Below, piece after piece: positions 62,551 through 64,000 of a stretch of DNA of 64,000 bases. A program made the translations under genes and the position numbers. The number at the start of each line of letters is the position of its first letter. Within the stretch, counting starts at the first letter, position 1. This DNA is from Hyphochytrium catenoides. Lineage: Eukaryota > Protista > Hyphochytriomycota. The stretch is taken from NCBI GenBank assembly GCA_900088475.1, contig FLMG01001299.1, positions 62,001-126,000 on the forward strand, read 5' to 3'. Under the pieces are notes generated by a model. The model saw only the letters and a program-made list of their open reading frames with translations, ran no database searches and was not told the DNA's origin.

Positions 62551-64000
62551 CTAACCCAGCGACTTGTCTAGAGGTAAGGCGCTTTCATCCTCGAGAAGCT
62601 CAGCTGTGATTTGGGACGAGTCTATTCTACTCTCCTCCATAAAGTGTGCGTAGGAGTGAATGGACAGGTCCCATTGGTGCCCGCCTTCGGTGTTGGTTAA
62701 TCGATGCTGCTGAAACCGCTCGATTATGGACTGTGCCTTCTTCTTGCTTCCAAGATGCACCAGTAAGCTGCTGCTATCTACCCAGCTATGAGTATGGACC
62801 TGTCCTCCATCTAGACCCAGAGAGCTGAGGTATGCCATTATGTCCGGCAGGGCCGTCTCCGCTTCGAAGCTCCCTCTGAGATAAATCACTTCTTCCAAAT
62901 CTCTATCCTCGTTCGGTCCCGGTAGGCCAAGATGCCCATTTGCCATCTGCATTAGGTATACTTTGTTCAGTGAGGAGAATAAGGTCGTTGAAGAGCTAAT
63001 GCCAGATGGAGAAGTAGGAGCATCTAAAGATGTAGGGTCAGAAGGAGGTAGATTTGGCTCCATTGACTTTGATTGTTCTTCCGATGTTGCCTGTTGCAGG
63101 GAGAGTATCTCACTAGCCCTGACGCCTTGCTGTCCAAGGGCCTTGACAAAGACCACGCCTGTCATGTAAGCGTCGTAACCTGCCTCGTGCGGCTTGCTTA
63201 CTTTCTCATACAGCTCAAAATCTGGACTTAAAACAACCGGTGGTTCTGCTTCAGATTTTAGCTGTTTGAACCAGGTGCCTAACGCGAAGCTTCGACGTTT
63301 TTCCTTACTGGAAGATGCAGAGTCAGCCAGTTGCCGTATAATGTACTTTGTATCAAAGACATATGGCAACTTCGCATGAAGGCGTTTTGTGAACTCTCCA
63401 CAACTGTCCGGAGCAGGACCCCAAAAGCGGTGAAAAGTATGAAGGAGGTCCAAGGCCCCATTGTGAGCAATCACCGGTTTCCTGAACTCTGTGATAACGT
63501 CTAGCACCTTTCGGAAACCCACCTCTTCAGAGATTCTACGATGCAGCATTTCTCTCTGATACCGTTTCAACTGCTGTCGGACGTCTTCTCTCTCCTCCTC
63601 GGAACCTAGGTAAACGAGTCTCATGCGTAGAGGCCCATCCTTTGGCAAATCCTCATTATCCTTATCCAGCCTAACGGCCTGGACGAAGTCCACCATACCC
63701 GGCAAAAGAGTATAGAGAAGATGTCTCTCTTTCGGAGTGCAGGGCTCTAAAACGCTGAAGGGTCGCCCCAAGTCATCCTTTTGTAGCGACTGGTCACCAT
63801 CCGCGATTTTCTGCTGAAGATTCCGGGCCATCTCACATACTTTGGCCAAGAACGCGTGATCCTTTCGACCATACCCTTCTCGTTCCTTTGACGGAGTCGA
63901 AAGGTACATTTCCATCGCCTTGCGGCTAGTTTCCTCCTCCTGTTCACTAAGAAAGGGAATTCCTTCTTCTATCCACGCGTTAAAGTTGAAACCCGCTTGA
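62551..64000 (-). CDS. PARN: Poly(A)-specific ribonuclease PARN (CAF1/DEDD family), 5' end runs off the window
   Basis: GFNFNAWIEEGIPFLS at the edge; GFRKVLDVI...KPVIAHNGALDLLH; YVFDTKYI; HEAGYDAYMTG; LNKVYLM; RRM-like C-terminal region (SWVDSSSLLVHL). Confidence 0.9.
   Translation of the reverse strand, partial: QAGFNFNAWIEEGIPFLSEQEEETSRKAMEMYLSTPSKEREGYGRKDHAFLAKVCEMARNLQQKIADGDQSLQKDDLGRPFSVLEPCTPKERHLLYTLLPGMVDFVQAVRLDKDNEDLPKDGPLRMRLVYLGSEEEREDVRQQLKRYQREMLHRRISEEVGFRKVLDVITEFRKPVIAHNGALDLLHTFHRFWGPAPDSCGEFTKRLHAKLPYVFDTKYIIRQLADSASSSKEKRRSFALGTWFKQLKSEAEPPVVLSPDFELYEKVSKPHEAGYDAYMTGVVFVKALGQQGVRASEILSLQQATSEEQSKSMEPNLPPSDPTSLDAPTSPSGISSSTTLFSSLNKVYLMQMANGHLGLPGPNEDRDLEEVIYLRGSFEAETALPDIMAYLSSLGLDGGQVHTHSWVDSSSLLVHLGSKKKAQSIIERFQQHRLTNTEGGHQWDLSIHSYAHFMEESRIDSSQITAELLEDESALPLDKSLG

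Overview
Gene-dense, intron-rich eukaryotic nuclear DNA from a draft assembly (four N gaps, (GA)n microsatellites). It is probably a flagellated protist. A stramenopile is my inference, from the Cys-rich COX6A C-terminus, the GGG-type zinc-finger repeat protein and the KIX-like protein; an axonemal NWE-motif gene is also present. Splicing exons by hand gives 12 genes: a partial KIX-like protein, dymeclin, a membrane-tethered bZIP factor, an NWE-motif axonemal protein, COX6A, a KDM5/JARID1 demethylase, ORC4, a PAP2 phosphatase, cereblon, a degenerate kinesin ending in a CaaX box, a GGG-type zinc-finger repeat protein and a partial PARN. The standout is a 13th gene. The two largest ORFs (49358-53170 and 44010-49346) join across a 290-nt GT-AG intron into one ~2,950-aa multi-pass membrane protein with a PelF/DUF3492-type GT4 domain. 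It resembles the fungal galactosaminogalactan synthase Gtb3 but sits here without its cluster partners, beside a ~7-kb block with no recognisable genes. All family calls come from remembered motifs, not database searches. Exon boundaries are predictions.
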